Assembly: GCA_963766735.1 (NCBI GenBank)
Contig: CAVYBU010000008.1
Location: 32,001 to 96,000 of the forward strand
Direction of reading: 5' to 3'
Source of the DNA: an uncultured Chloroflexia bacterium
GTDB taxonomy: Bacteria; Chloroflexota; Limnocylindria; Limnocylindrales; CSP1-4
Length of the DNA stretch: 64,000 bases
The position numbers and the translations under genes were made by a program. This document shows positions 28,172 to 38,643 of this stretch, in pieces. Each line of letters opens with the position of its first letter. Positions within the stretch are counted from its first letter, which is position 1. Under the pieces are notes generated by a model. It ran no database searches. It worked only from the letters and a program-made list of their open reading frames with translations, and was not told the origin of the DNA.

Positions 28172-28451
28172 CCTGAGACTGTAGCCCTCGTGTCATCGGT
28201 ACGCGCGCGAGGCGGCGCCTTGACGCCGGCCGCAGCGTATCGCCGGTACCGGCGGTGCCGGATGTCAACACTCTTCTCCAAGTTGGGACTATCGGCTCTA
28301 CAGGCCGCCATTAGAAGAGCCCACGCTCCGGCAATGCATGCCACCCGGGCGTGCTCGATGCGCGTCGGACACCCCCCCTGATCGCCCGCCGAGTGACTCT
28401 GTCCGCGCACGTCCACGCCACCAGTCCGGGGATCATTGAGGAGGGACATCG

Positions 28452-30703
28452 ATGATGACCGCCAGGGCAGCACGCCGACTGATGCTGCCCCTTGCGATAG
28501 CCACCCTGGTCACGGCAGCAGCCGCGCCCGCGGTGGGCGCATCGCCGCCGCGAGACGGGATCGCGCCGAACGGCCAGGCCGTGCAAGCCAAGACCGACAA
28601 CAGGCCGGACCCGCTCAGCGCCAAGCAGGCCGAGCTCAAGAAGATGGCCATCGAGGCCAAGATGAACGGCAAGGCGCCGGACAAGGTCAAGGAAGTTGCC
28701 AAGGGCCAGTACGTCGAGCTCGAACGGGAGGGTGAGGGCGCGCTGTGGACCGTCCTCGGCGAGTTCGCCGATCTGCAGCACAACACGATGCCGGAGCCGG
28801 ACCGGACCGTGGACAACACCAACATCTGGGTCCCGGACTTCAGCCGCGACTACTTCATGGACCTGCTGTTCGACGAGACCCCCGGCGCCAACTCGATGCG
28901 GAACTTCTACATCGAGCAGTCCTCGAACCGCTACACGGTCCACGGTGACGTGACGGACTGGATCCCTGTCCCGGGCGACGCGGCGTCGTACGACGACGAC
29001 TTCGCCAGCCCGCTGGGCGGGAACCAGGTCTGGTACTTCCTCAAGGATTCCGTCAACGGCTGGTACGACGCGCAGATCGCGGCCGGCAAGACACCGGCGG
29101 AGATCAACGACTACCTCGCGCCAGTTCGACGTCTGGGATCGCTACGACTACGACGCCGACGGCAACTTCGACGAGCCGGACGGCTACATCGACACCTTCC
29201 AGTCTGTCCACGCCGGGATGGGCAACGAATCCTGCTCCCCGACCTGCGACGACTGGGCCATCTGGAGCCACAGCTGGTACGCGTTCTCAAGCCTGATCGG
29301 CATCGCCGGCCCGGACTTCAACATGCTCGGCGGCATCCAGATCGGCGACAGCGACTTCTGGGTCGGCAAGTACACCATCCAGCCGGAGAACGGCGGCGTG
29401 GGCGTCTTCGTTCACGAGTATGGCCACGACCTGGGCCTGCCCGACCTGTACGACACGTCGGGCGGTGAGAACGGGACCGCCTTCTGGACGTTGATGTCCT
29501 CCGGATCCTGGCTCGACGACGGCAAGGACACGATCGGCAACAAGTCCAGCCACATGGGGGCCTGGGAGAAGTTCCAGCTCGGCTGGCTGAACTACGAGGT
29601 CGCGCGTGCCGGCGTGAAGTCCGTGCACAAGCTTGGCCCGATGGAGTTCAACACGAAGCAGGCCCAGGGCCTGTTCGTGGTCCTGCCGCAGAAGGAAGTC
29701 GTCTCGAACATCGGCGACCCGTACGCCGGCGACTACTACTACTACAGCGGCGCAGGCGACTACCTGGACAACTTCATGACCAAGTCGTTCAACCTGCGCC
29801 GCGGCGCCAACGCTGACGGCCAAGGTCAAGTACAACATCGAGCTCGACTGGGACTACGCGTACGTCGTCTACTCGACGGACGGCGGGTCGACGTGGATCC
29901 CGATCGAGACCAACCTCTCGACCACGACGGATCCGAACGGCCAGAACTTCGGCTACGGGATCACCGGTGTGCTCCGGCGGCGCTGGGTCGACCTGACCGC
30001 GGACCTGCCGGACGGGGAACGTCCTGCTCGGCTTCCGCTACTGGACCGACGCCGAACACCGGCGGCTTCGGCTTCATGGTGGACGACATCGACGATCACC
30101 GGCTCCGCGCTCGACGGCGCAGAGGCTGATGCCGGCTGGACCTTCGATGGCTTCAAGGTGACGAGCGGGACCGAGTCGGCGCTGTTCAGCCACTACTACG
30201 TGGCCGAGTACCGCACGTACAAGGGCTACGACTCCACCCTCAAGGTCGGACCGTACAACTTCGGCTTCCTGGACAACCCGTTGCTCGGCGACTGGGTGGA
30301 GCATTTCCCCTACCAGGACGGCCTGTTGATCAACTACTGGGACACGTCGCAGAAGAACAACAACGTCCGGCGGCACCCGGGCCAGGGCCTGCTCCTGCCC
30401 ATCGACGCTCACCCGACGGCGATGATCCGCGCGGACGGTGGCGTCTGGCGCAACCGGATTCAGACCTACGACTCCACGTTCACGCTGGCTCCCACGGACG
30501 CACTCACGCTCCACTGGCGGAGCCAGCCGTCGTACCACCCCAGCCTGCCGGCTGCGAAGGTGTTCGACGATCGCAACAGCTACTACGACCCGGTCAACCC
30601 GTGGGGCAGCGTGATCGTGCCGAACACGGGGACGCAGATCGGGATCAAGAGCATCAGCGCCCAAGGCAGCTTCATGCAGGTCGAGGTGCGCCCCGCCAAG
30701 TAG
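28452..30703 (+). CDS. Immune inhibitor A (peptidase M6) family secreted metalloprotease; several frameshifts (~29120, ~29795, ~29970-30095)
   Basis: Signal peptide, EQSSNRY, HAG, IWSH, HEYGHDLGLPD zinc motif, WTLMSSGSW, YYVAEYR, GLLI.YWD. Confidence 0.88.
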
Positions 30704-30727
30704 ACGGACGCACCCTCGCAATTACCA

Positions 30728-30753
30728 GAGGCCCCCGGCTCGCCGGGGGCCTC
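30728..30753 (+). terminator. 11-bp stem hairpin after the M6 protease
   Basis: gaggcccccgg-ctcg-ccgggggcctc. Confidence 0.7.
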
Positions 30754-30864
30754 ACAGCGCCCGGACCGAACGTGGGTCGGCCCATGGCGACAGCCGCGTG
30801 CCGTAGTCTGTGCCAGCAACGGGCCTCAGCACACTCGGGGGCTCTTGGGGTCGGAGGGCCGCAA

Positions 30865-31785
30865 ATGACAGACGCGCCGTATCGGCGGGTGCACGTGGTG
30901 ATCAACCCGGCATCCGGCAAGGACGAGCCGATCCTCAACACCCTCAACGAGGTCTTCGGGACCCATGGCGTGGCCTGGGACGTGAGCGTGACCCACAAGT
31001 ACGGTGACGCGACCGAGCAGGCGATGGCCGCCATCGCTGACGGCGTGGACCTGGTCGTGGGTTATGGCGGGGACGGCACCCAGCACGAGATCGCCAACGC
31101 GGTCCTGCGTGCCGCAGGGGTGAGCGGGAAGCAGACGACGATGGGCATCCTGCCCGGCGGCACGGGCAACGGCTTCGCCCGCGAGATGGGCGTGCCCGGC
31201 AAGCTCCGCCCGGCCGTCGAGGTGCTGTGCACCAGCACGAAGACCCGTTCGATCGACGTCGGCCGCCTGGTCAGCGTCGCGCAGCCCCAGGCCCACGACC
31301 GCTACTTCATCCAGCGGATGTACGTGGGGATCGAGCCCGAGGAGCAGACGAGCCGCGCGATGAAGGACAAGTACGGCGTCTTCGCGTATGCCGTGAACAG
31401 GGCCAGCCGCGCGAAGAATGGCAAGTACTTCCAGTACCGGGCCGACGTCGATGGCGAGCTCCTCGAGTTCGGAGGCACCAAGATCTACGTCGTGAACTCC
31501 GGGATGATGGGCACAGGCCTCCGGATCACCCACGCCTATGCCATCGACGACGGGCTGCTGGACTGCTTCGTGATCGACCCGCACCACCGGAGCACCTTCA
31601 CCGCGGCCGCGGAGCGGTTCCTCAACGTCGGGGGCGCGAAGGCGATGCGGTACTACCGGCAGGCGCGCGCGGTGACGCTGGCGGCCGAGCCGGACCAGCC
31701 GGTGTGGACGGACGGCGAGTACGTCGGTCGGACGCCGGTCACGGTCGATGTCGTGCCCCGGGCATTGACCATTGTCGTCCCCTGA
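30865..31785 (+). CDS. Diacylglycerol/lipid kinase family (YegS/Rv2252/BmrU)
   Basis: NPASG, GGDGT, LPGGTGN.FAR, DVG, DDGLLD, DGE. Confidence 0.92.
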   Translation: MTDAPYRRVHVVINPASGKDEPILNTLNEVFGTHGVAWDVSVTHKYGDATEQAMAAIADGVDLVVGYGGDGTQHEIANAVLRAAGVSGKQTTMGILPGGTGNGFAREMGVPGKLRPAVEVLCTSTKTRSIDVGRLVSVAQPQAHDRYFIQRMYVGIEPEEQTSRAMKDKYGVFAYAVNRASRAKNGKYFQYRADVDGELLEFGGTKIYVVNSGMMGTGLRITHAYAIDDGLLDCFVIDPHHRSTFTAAAERFLNVGGAKAMRYYRQARAVTLAAEPDQPVWTDGEYVGRTPVTVDVVPRALTIVVP

Positions 31786-32338
31786 ACCGCCCCAGCAGCT
31801 CAGCCTGTTCCATCGCGGTTTCGACAGGCTGTACCCCGCGATCCGGTTCACCTACGAGAGGCTCATGGGGCACGTCTGGTTCAGCCAGATCACGCCCACG
31901 CTATGGCTGGGGGGCGCACCGACGTATGAGCGGGACTTCGACGCCGTCCTGACGCTGGGGATCACGGCGGTGGTCGACATGCGTGCCGAGCGAACGTCGG
32001 CGCCGGCCTGGTTCGAGGAGCACGGTGTCGCGCTCCGGCAGTACCGGGTGCCGGACGTGACCGTTCCCGACGAGGCTGTCCTCGACGATGCCGTGCCCTG
32101 GATCACGGACAGGCTGGCGGAGGGCAGAACCGTGCTCATCCACTGTGCGAAGGGGCGGGGCCGCTCGGCGACGGTGCTCGCCGCCTACCTGATGCAGGCG
32201 AAGGGGATGAGCTTCGACGAGGTGGAGGATCTCCTGGTGTCGAAGCGCAAGCTGGTCAAGCTTGAGGACCGGCACCGTCGGGTCCTCGAGCCGTGGATCG
32301 CGAAGCAGCAGGCAGCGCCCGCCCCAACGCCGGGCTGA
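31772..32338 (+). CDS. Dual-specificity (CX5R) phosphatase
   Basis: ITPTLWLG, VPD, VLIHCAKGRGRSAT...AYL. Confidence 0.9.
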   Translation: MSSPEPPQQLSLFHRGFDRLYPAIRFTYERLMGHVWFSQITPTLWLGGAPTYERDFDAVLTLGITAVVDMRAERTSAPAWFEEHGVALRQYRVPDVTVPDEAVLDDAVPWITDRLAEGRTVLIHCAKGRGRSATVLAAYLMQAKGMSFDEVEDLLVSKRKLVKLEDRHRRVLEPWIAKQQAAPAPTPG

Positions 32339-32437
32339 GAGGCCGGGGCAGGCGGCACGCCCCGGTGCCCCGGGGTCACCGCGCTGATGGAATGGTTCAA
32401 GCGGAGCCGCCCCAGCGCCGCAGCGTCCCGACCGTCG

Positions 32438-33664
32438 TCAGCGGTGCCCGTTCGCCATGCGGATCGCCTCCGGACGGCGGCGGAGCCGCCACATGGCGAT
32501 GATCCCGACCAGCGGGCCGACGGCCAGCAGGGCGAACACGATTCGCCAGCCGAGCGCGTTGTCCGCGCTCAGAAGCCCGATGAGGGTGATGGTGACCCCG
32601 GTCAGCAGGAACCCGAGCGCCGTCTGGAGCGCGAGCGCCGAACCGGCCGTGCCGGGCGGCCCGAGCTCCGTCACCGCCGCCGAGAATTGGGCGGAGTCGG
32701 CGACGACGCTGACGCCCCAGATCAGCCCCACGATCAGGGTCAGCGCGGGCGGTGCCCCGAACAGGAACCCGATGGCTATCGCGGTCGAGCCGCTCACGGC
32801 CATCGCCCCGATGGTGAGGGTCGTGCGTCCGATCCGATCGGCAACGAGACCCGCGACGGCGCACCCGATCCCGCCGGCGGCCACCACCAGGAACGCCGCG
32901 AAGCTGGCCACGGCCGGGTCCGCCAGGCCGGCCGCCGTGAAGCTCGCCGCGAAGAACAGCGGGATCCACGTCCACATCGCGTAGAGCTCCCACATGTGAC
33001 CGAGGTACCCGAGGTTGGCCAGCCGGACCGAGGGCTCCGCGAATGCGCGCCGCGCGACCGCGATGCTGAACCGCGGTGCGGCGACGTCGAACGGGCCGCG
33101 GCCCACCCAGCCGCCGACGAGCAGGCCGCCCAGGACCCCGGCGACGCTCGCGCTCCCGACGATCGCGCGCCAGTCCAGGCCCGAGAGGGCGCCGAGGGCC
33201 CGGAAGAGGTAGGGGAGCGACGCGCCGACCGTCAGGGCGCCGACCAGGATCCCGATGGCCAGGCCGCGCTCCTGGCGGAACCAGCCGGTGACGATCTTCA
33301 TGCCGACGGGGTACACGCCCGCCAGCGCGAACCCCGTGATGAAGCGGAAGACGGTGGCCCCGGCGAGGCCGTCGGCGAGATATGCGAAGCCCAGGTTCGC
33401 CACCGCTGCTCCGAGGGCGCCGGCGAGGAACAGGGCACGAGCGGGAAGGACGTCGGCGGCCCCGGTCACCGCGATCAGGAGCGCCCCGACGACGAAGCCG
33501 AGCTGGACCGCGATGGTCAGCATCGGCAGGTCCATGCCGGACAGGGACAGTTCCGCGGTGATCAGCGGCGCCACCGCCGAGGCGCTGAACCACGGCGACA
33601 TCGCCAGCAGCTCGCCCAGCCCGAGCAGGGCCAGCAGGCGCCAGCGCCCCGGGGCCCTCTCCAT
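32438..33664 (-). CDS. MFS transporter
   Basis: About 12 TM helices; GVYPVGMK, GYLGHMWELYAMW, ADRIGR, ADSAQFS. Confidence 0.9.
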   Translation of the reverse strand: MERAPGRWRLLALLGLGELLAMSPWFSASAVAPLITAELSLSGMDLPMLTIAVQLGFVVGALLIAVTGAADVLPARALFLAGALGAAVANLGFAYLADGLAGATVFRFITGFALAGVYPVGMKIVTGWFRQERGLAIGILVGALTVGASLPYLFRALGALSGLDWRAIVGSASVAGVLGGLLVGGWVGRGPFDVAAPRFSIAVARRAFAEPSVRLANLGYLGHMWELYAMWTWIPLFFAASFTAAGLADPAVASFAAFLVVAAGGIGCAVAGLVADRIGRTTLTIGAMAVSGSTAIAIGFLFGAPPALTLIVGLIWGVSVVADSAQFSAAVTELGPPGTAGSALALQTALGFLLTGVTITLIGLLSADNALGWRIVFALLAVGPLVGIIAMWRLRRRPEAIRMANGHR

Positions 33665-34019
33665 CGTCGTGGCGATCCTCCTCGAACCCGTGCCTGAGCC
33701 GCGAGCTCGCGAGAGCCGCTACCGGACCACGATGGTCGCTGTCGGAGCTGCCCCAAGCTCCCGCCACCTCGATGATCGCGGCATCCTGCGCGCACCGGGC
33801 GCAGGATGCAAGACCCGGATACCCTCGAGGAGGTCCGCGGCTACTCGGCCCTGCTGGACCGGGGCATCTCCAGGCTGGCGGCCGCCGGCAAGTGCCCCAG
33901 CACGGGCCCCCGCCCGACCGTCCCCGGCCCGCCGGGCAGGAACTGCACATGAGTCACGTCACGTCGGCTGTCGCCGCCGGCCACGCGGCGCACCGCGGCG
34001 AATCGAGGAGCACCAGGCA

Positions 34020-35534
34020 ATGAACAAGCGAGCAGTCGCCATCGGCGGCGCCGTGGTCGTCGGCGTCGGGCTCGTCGGCCTCGTCGTCGCCGGCCCCCTG
34101 CTGGGCAGCAGGACGCCCGAGGTCACCTACCTGACCGACACCGCCTCCATCATGGACGTGCGCACGACCGTCTCGATCAGCGGGTCGATCGAGCCGGTTG
34201 ACTCCTACGGCCTCGCGTTCGGCGAGGCACCGGTCCGGTCGCCGCAGGCAGCGGTGACGGCCGCCCGCTCGGCCACGGCGGTTCAATGGACCGCGGCCAC
34301 GGTGAACGTCGAGACCGGGGACATGGTCAAGGCCGGCGACGTGTTGGCTGTCGCCGAAACCGAGGATGCCGAGCTGGCCCTGACGATTGCCCAGGCGAAC
34401 CTCGCGGCGGCGGAGGCGAGGCTGAAGGCCGACGAGCTGCCGGTCTCGAAGACCACCAAGGCGAAGGCCAAGCTTGGGGTCACGCAGGCCAACAGCCAGC
34501 TCTCCCAGGCCAAGAAGGCGCTGTCCCAGACGCAGGCGGCCGGCCGGCTCGCCATCTCCCAGGCAACGGCGGCGAACAAGGACGCGAAGGCGCAGCTGGC
34601 GAAGGATCGCGCGGCCAAGGCGCCGGCCGCCGTCATCACGGCGGACAAGGCGGCCGTCAAGCAGACTTCGCGGGCGCTCGCCACCGCGAAGCTGCAGGCC
34701 ACCTCTGCGAACACGCAGGCGTCAAACCAGGTCGCGGCGGCCAAGCTGGGCGTCACCTCCGCCAACCTCGCCTACGATGGAGCGACCGACGTCGACACGT
34801 CTGCGGCCGTCGCCGCGGACCGCGCCGCCGTGGTGCAGGCAGAGTCGGTCGTCGCCGACGCCGAGCGGACGCTCGAGCGGGCCACCCTGACCGCGCCGAT
34901 CGACGGCATCGTCTCGTCCGTCACCATCGTGCCCGGTGACTCGGCTTCGGGCATCGTGATCCTCCTCCGTGGGACGGAAGTCCAGGTGGCCGCGTCCATC
35001 ACCGAGAGCGACCTGCCATCCGTGCAGGTCGGCCAGGCGGCCGAGGTGACGATCCCCGCGCTGGATGCTTCGGTGGGCGGCAAGGTGGACGCGGTCGACG
35101 TGGCCGGCGCCACGAAGAGCGCCTCGGGCGTCGTCTCCTACGAAGTCGTGATCTCGCTCGACTCCGCCCCCGAGCTCGTGGCGCCGGGCATGACCGCCGA
35201 TGTGGACATCACCACCGACCTCGCGCCCGCGGTGCTCGCGGTGCCGGTGACTGCGGTGGGCGGCGCACCCGGTGCCTACACGGTGCAGGTGCTGGACGGC
35301 CCTGACCGCGTACAGACGATCCCGGTCGAGGTCGGCCTGATGACGCCGTCGCTTGCGGAGATCCGGTCGGGCCTCACCGAGGGCATGGTGGTGGTCACCG
35401 GCACGGCGTCCGCCAAGGACCTCGTGACGACGTTCCCCACCGGTCCGGGCGGCGGGGGTGGAGGCACATCCGGTGGGTCCGGTGGCTCCGGCGGTTCCGG
35501 CGCCGGGTCAACCCCGCCCGACGCACAGCCGTGA
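34020..35534 (+). CDS. Efflux periplasmic adaptor / HlyD-MacA-like membrane fusion protein
   Basis: N-terminal TM, V..GD.VKAGDVL, long Ala/Lys coiled coil, LTAPIDG.V, PGMTA, V.VGL...AEI.SGL. Confidence 0.85.
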   Translation: MNKRAVAIGGAVVVGVGLVGLVVAGPLLGSRTPEVTYLTDTASIMDVRTTVSISGSIEPVDSYGLAFGEAPVRSPQAAVTAARSATAVQWTAATVNVETGDMVKAGDVLAVAETEDAELALTIAQANLAAAEARLKADELPVSKTTKAKAKLGVTQANSQLSQAKKALSQTQAAGRLAISQATAANKDAKAQLAKDRAAKAPAAVITADKAAVKQTSRALATAKLQATSANTQASNQVAAAKLGVTSANLAYDGATDVDTSAAVAADRAAVVQAESVVADAERTLERATLTAPIDGIVSSVTIVPGDSASGIVILLRGTEVQVAASITESDLPSVQVGQAAEVTIPALDASVGGKVDAVDVAGATKSASGVVSYEVVISLDSAPELVAPGMTADVDITTDLAPAVLAVPVTAVGGAPGAYTVQVLDGPDRVQTIPVEVGLMTPSLAEIRSGLTEGMVVVTGTASAKDLVTTFPTGPGGGGGGTSGGSGGSGGSGAGSTPPDAQP

Positions 35535-36238
35535 CGACCGTGAACCCGTTCCCGGACCCGGCCGCCGGGACGCCGGTGATCGAGATGCGCGGTATCGGCA
35601 AGACGTACCGGTCCGGCCGCCTGGAGGTCGAGGCTCTGCAGGGCGTGGATCTCGACGTGAGCTCGGGCGACTTCCTGGCGATCGTCGGCCCATCGGGATC
35701 CGGCAAGTCAACGCTCATGAACCTGCTCGGCTGCCTGGATCGCCCGACCACCGGCACCTACAGGCTCGCCGGGACCGATGTGGCGGGCCTGTCGGACGAC
35801 GAGCTCGCCCGGGTTCGCAACCGGACGATCGGGTTCGTGTTCCAGTCGTTCAACCTGTTGCCGAGGACGACGGCGCTCGAGAACGTGGCCATGCCGCTCC
35901 TGTATGCGGGCGTGGGCCGGGCGGAGCGGCTGCAGCGGGCCCGGGACGCCCTGGCCCGTCTGGGACTCGAGGACCGGATGACGCATGAGCCGTCGGAGCT
36001 GTCCGGGGGTCAGCAGCAGCGGGTGGCGATCGCGCGGGCGCTCGTGAGCCGGCCGACGATCATCCTCGCGGACGAGCCCACCGGAAACCTGGACTCAGCC
36101 TCGGGCGCGGACGTGCTCGCACTGCTCCACGAGCTGAACGATGCCGGGACGACGATCGTGCTCATCACCCATGACAGCGACGTGGCCGTCGCGGCCACGC
36201 GCCGCGTCAGGGTGCGCGACGGGAGGCTCGCCGCGTGA
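35531..36238 (+). CDS. ABC transporter ATP-binding protein (MacB/LolD-like)
   Basis: GPSGSGKST, FQSFNL, LSGGQQQR, ADEPTGNLD. Confidence 0.95.
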   Translation: MTTVNPFPDPAAGTPVIEMRGIGKTYRSGRLEVEALQGVDLDVSSGDFLAIVGPSGSGKSTLMNLLGCLDRPTTGTYRLAGTDVAGLSDDELARVRNRTIGFVFQSFNLLPRTTALENVAMPLLYAGVGRAERLQRARDALARLGLEDRMTHEPSELSGGQQQRVAIARALVSRPTIILADEPTGNLDSASGADVLALLHELNDAGTTIVLITHDSDVAVAATRRVRVRDGRLAA

Positions 36239-37431
36239 ACTGGGCGGAGCTCGTCCCCCTCGCGATCTCGCGACTCGCGGCCGCCCGGCTCCGGGCGCTG
36301 CTGACGATGCTGGGGGTGATCATCGGAGTCGGGTCCATCGTGGCGCTCGTCTCGGTGGCGCAGGGCGCGACATCCGGGATCACCAACCTCATCGAGGGCC
36401 TCGGGACAAACCTGCTCAGCGTCAGTCCCGGTGCCAGCACGTTCGGCTTCGTGCGCGGGGCAGGCGGGTCGGCCGACACGCTGACGGTCGACGACGCGGA
36501 GGCCATCGCGCAGGTCGAGGGTGTCGCCCAGGTCGCTCCGCAGGTGTCGACGATGGCGGTCGTCGTGGCCGGCTCCTCGAACACCACCACCACCGTCTCC
36601 GGGATCACGCCGGCCTTCATGCCGGTGCGCGCCTACGAGATCTGGCGCGGGTCGTTCGTGTCCGAGGCGGAATACGCGGCCGGGCTGCGGGTCGCCGTGC
36701 TCGGTTCCACCACGGCCGATGCCCTCCGCCTGGGTGCGGCCGCCGTGGGCTCTGACATCAACGTTGGCGGCGTCCCGTTCCGCGTGATCGGCATCCTCCA
36801 GCCCAAGGGCATCCTCGACGACCAGGTCTATGTCCCGCTGTCGGCGCTGCGCGACTACTTCGTTGCGGGGCACTCCCTGCAGTCGCTCTCCGTGTCGACC
36901 GAGCGCGCGGACCAGATCCCGCTCACCAAGTTCCGGATCACGGAGCTGCTGAGGGCGCGCCACGGGATCGTGGACGGGGCCGAGAACGACTTCACGATCA
37001 TCGACCAGGCGCAGCTGCTGTCCGCCTTCGGGACGATCACCGGGCTCCTGTCCCTGCTCCTTGCCGGCATCGCGTCGATCAGCCTGCTTGTGGGCGGCAT
37101 CGGGATCATGAACATCATGCTGGTCTCGGTCAGGGAGCGGACACGGGAGATCGGCATCCGCAAGGCCATCGGGGCGCGCGGCCGGGACATCCTGGCCCAG
37201 TTCCTCGTCGAGGCCCTGGTGCTCTCCCTTGCCGGCGGCGTGCTCGGGATCGTTTTCGGCGTCGCCGCCTCCGCCGCGATCGGCGCCCTCGCCGGCTGGG
37301 GGCTCAACATCAGCCCGGTCACGATCCTGCTGGCGGCCGGGTTCTCGCTTGCCGTCGGGGTGATCTTCGGCGTCTGGCCTGCCCGGCAGGCCGCCCGGCT
37401 CGATCCCATCGCCGCGCTCAGGTACGAGTAG
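36235..37431 (+). CDS. ABC transporter permease (MacB/FtsX family)
   Basis: LLTMLGVIIGV, GGIGIMNIMLVSV.ERTREIGIRKAIGA, PI.ALRYE. Confidence 0.95.
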   Translation: MNWAELVPLAISRLAAARLRALLTMLGVIIGVGSIVALVSVAQGATSGITNLIEGLGTNLLSVSPGASTFGFVRGAGGSADTLTVDDAEAIAQVEGVAQVAPQVSTMAVVVAGSSNTTTTVSGITPAFMPVRAYEIWRGSFVSEAEYAAGLRVAVLGSTTADALRLGAAAVGSDINVGGVPFRVIGILQPKGILDDQVYVPLSALRDYFVAGHSLQSLSVSTERADQIPLTKFRITELLRARHGIVDGAENDFTIIDQAQLLSAFGTITGLLSLLLAGIASISLLVGGIGIMNIMLVSVRERTREIGIRKAIGARGRDILAQFLVEALVLSLAGGVLGIVFGVAASAAIGALAGWGLNISPVTILLAAGFSLAVGVIFGVWPARQAARLDPIAALRYE

Positions 37432-37517
37432 CCGGCCGCTCCCGGATCAGGCTGCGAACGCTCACTACTCGGGCCCGGCCGGGAATGCACCGCCCGTATC
37501 GGCGCCCCGCGCCGGGA

Positions 37518-37853
37518 TCAGCGCACGAGTGCCCGACCGCTCCTTGCCCAGGCGCCGGTCCCTCCGCGCACGGAGACGGCTCCCTCGAAACCCTGGTCGA
37601 CGAGGTAGGCGGTGGCGCTCCGGCTTCTGCTCCCCGACTGGCAGATGACCGCGTAGGGCTTGTCGTGCTTGAGCTTGGCGACGCGGTCCGGCAGCCGCTT
37701 CACGGGGATGTGGATCGCTCCTCGGAGGTGTCCGCTCCTGAACTCGGAGTCCTCGCGAACGTCAAGGACGCGGACGGCGCCCTGCACCATCAGCGCATCG
37801 AGCTCCTCGATGTCGATCTGGGGCCCGCCGAGGCGGCGCAGGAACGAGAACAC
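37518..37853 (-). CDS. Rhodanese-like protein
   Basis: LDVRE..EF..GH..GA.HIP, CQSGSRS, GGT.AW. Confidence 0.9.
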   Translation of the reverse strand: MFSFLRRLGGPQIDIEELDALMVQGAVRVLDVREDSEFRSGHLRGAIHIPVKRLPDRVAKLKHDKPYAVICQSGSRSRSATAYLVDQGFEGAVSVRGGTGAWARSGRALVR

Positions 37854-37947
37854 GTGTCCCTCCGGTGACGGTGTCAGGCGGGTTCGGCCCGCGACATCCA
37901 GCGAGCAAGGATAGCCGGGGATCGCAGGAGCGCCGGCGGGGACCGCT

Positions 37948-38220
37948 CTACGCGCGAACCGGCACCGCGCCCGACGCCGCGGCCGGCGCCGGCCCATGGG
38001 GATCAGCGGCCGGGATCGTGATCACGCGCCTGCGATCGTGCATCAGCTCCCGCACGAACTTGGCGAGCGGGTCGGGCAGACGGGCGGGTGCCGCAAAGCG
38101 GACGCACTCGAGCCACACGACGTCATCGCGGACGGTGATGGTGAGGTCGCTCCCGCATGAGCAGAAGGAAGGGGAACGGAGGGCCGCGTCGACCGCGACC
38201 AGGACGGAGTCGTCGTGCAT
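37948..38220 (-). CDS. Small hypothetical Cys-containing protein (90 aa)
   Basis: GAGG RBS; FCSCG...WLEC...H; codon usage typical of the region. Confidence 0.55.
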   Translation of the reverse strand: MHDDSVLVAVDAALRSPSFCSCGSDLTITVRDDVVWLECVRFAAPARLPDPLAKFVRELMHDRRRVITIPAADPHGPAPAAASGAVPVRA

Positions 38221-38456
38221 GGCACGCACCTCGGCTCCCGGCCGTCCGATCGCCGGTGCCCACACAGGTTGCGGGCGAGGTCGATCAGCCAGGAGCAAGA
38301 CCGCCGTGGCCCAACTTGATGCGCAGCGGCGCAGGATCCACGGCCCGGACTGCTGCCACCCCTTGGCGGACGAAGCGATCCGTATGTCGATTGTCCGCCC
38401 GGGGGGCCGTCGGATCAAGGCTGGACGGGGTAGCGAGATGGTTGCGCTTGGGTTAG

Positions 38457-38468
38457 TGGACTAGTCCA
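38457..38468. promoter_or_regulatory. Perfect palindrome TGGACTAGTCCA (GntR-family operator-like)
   Basis: 12-bp palindrome in the divergent intergenic region. Confidence 0.45.
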
Positions 38469-38643
38469 AGTGGCAGGGTCAATGGGAGCCGAATGCGACC
38501 CGGATGCTGCGATACGGATAAGAAATCACAAGAAGCCGCGGTCTATCACCGAACTCTCAGACAACTGGGCCAGCGTGGTTGCCAGACAGCCCGTGCTCAT
38601 TCGCGCCGACAGGAGTCGGCGTCCCCGGGCGGAGGTATCCCGC

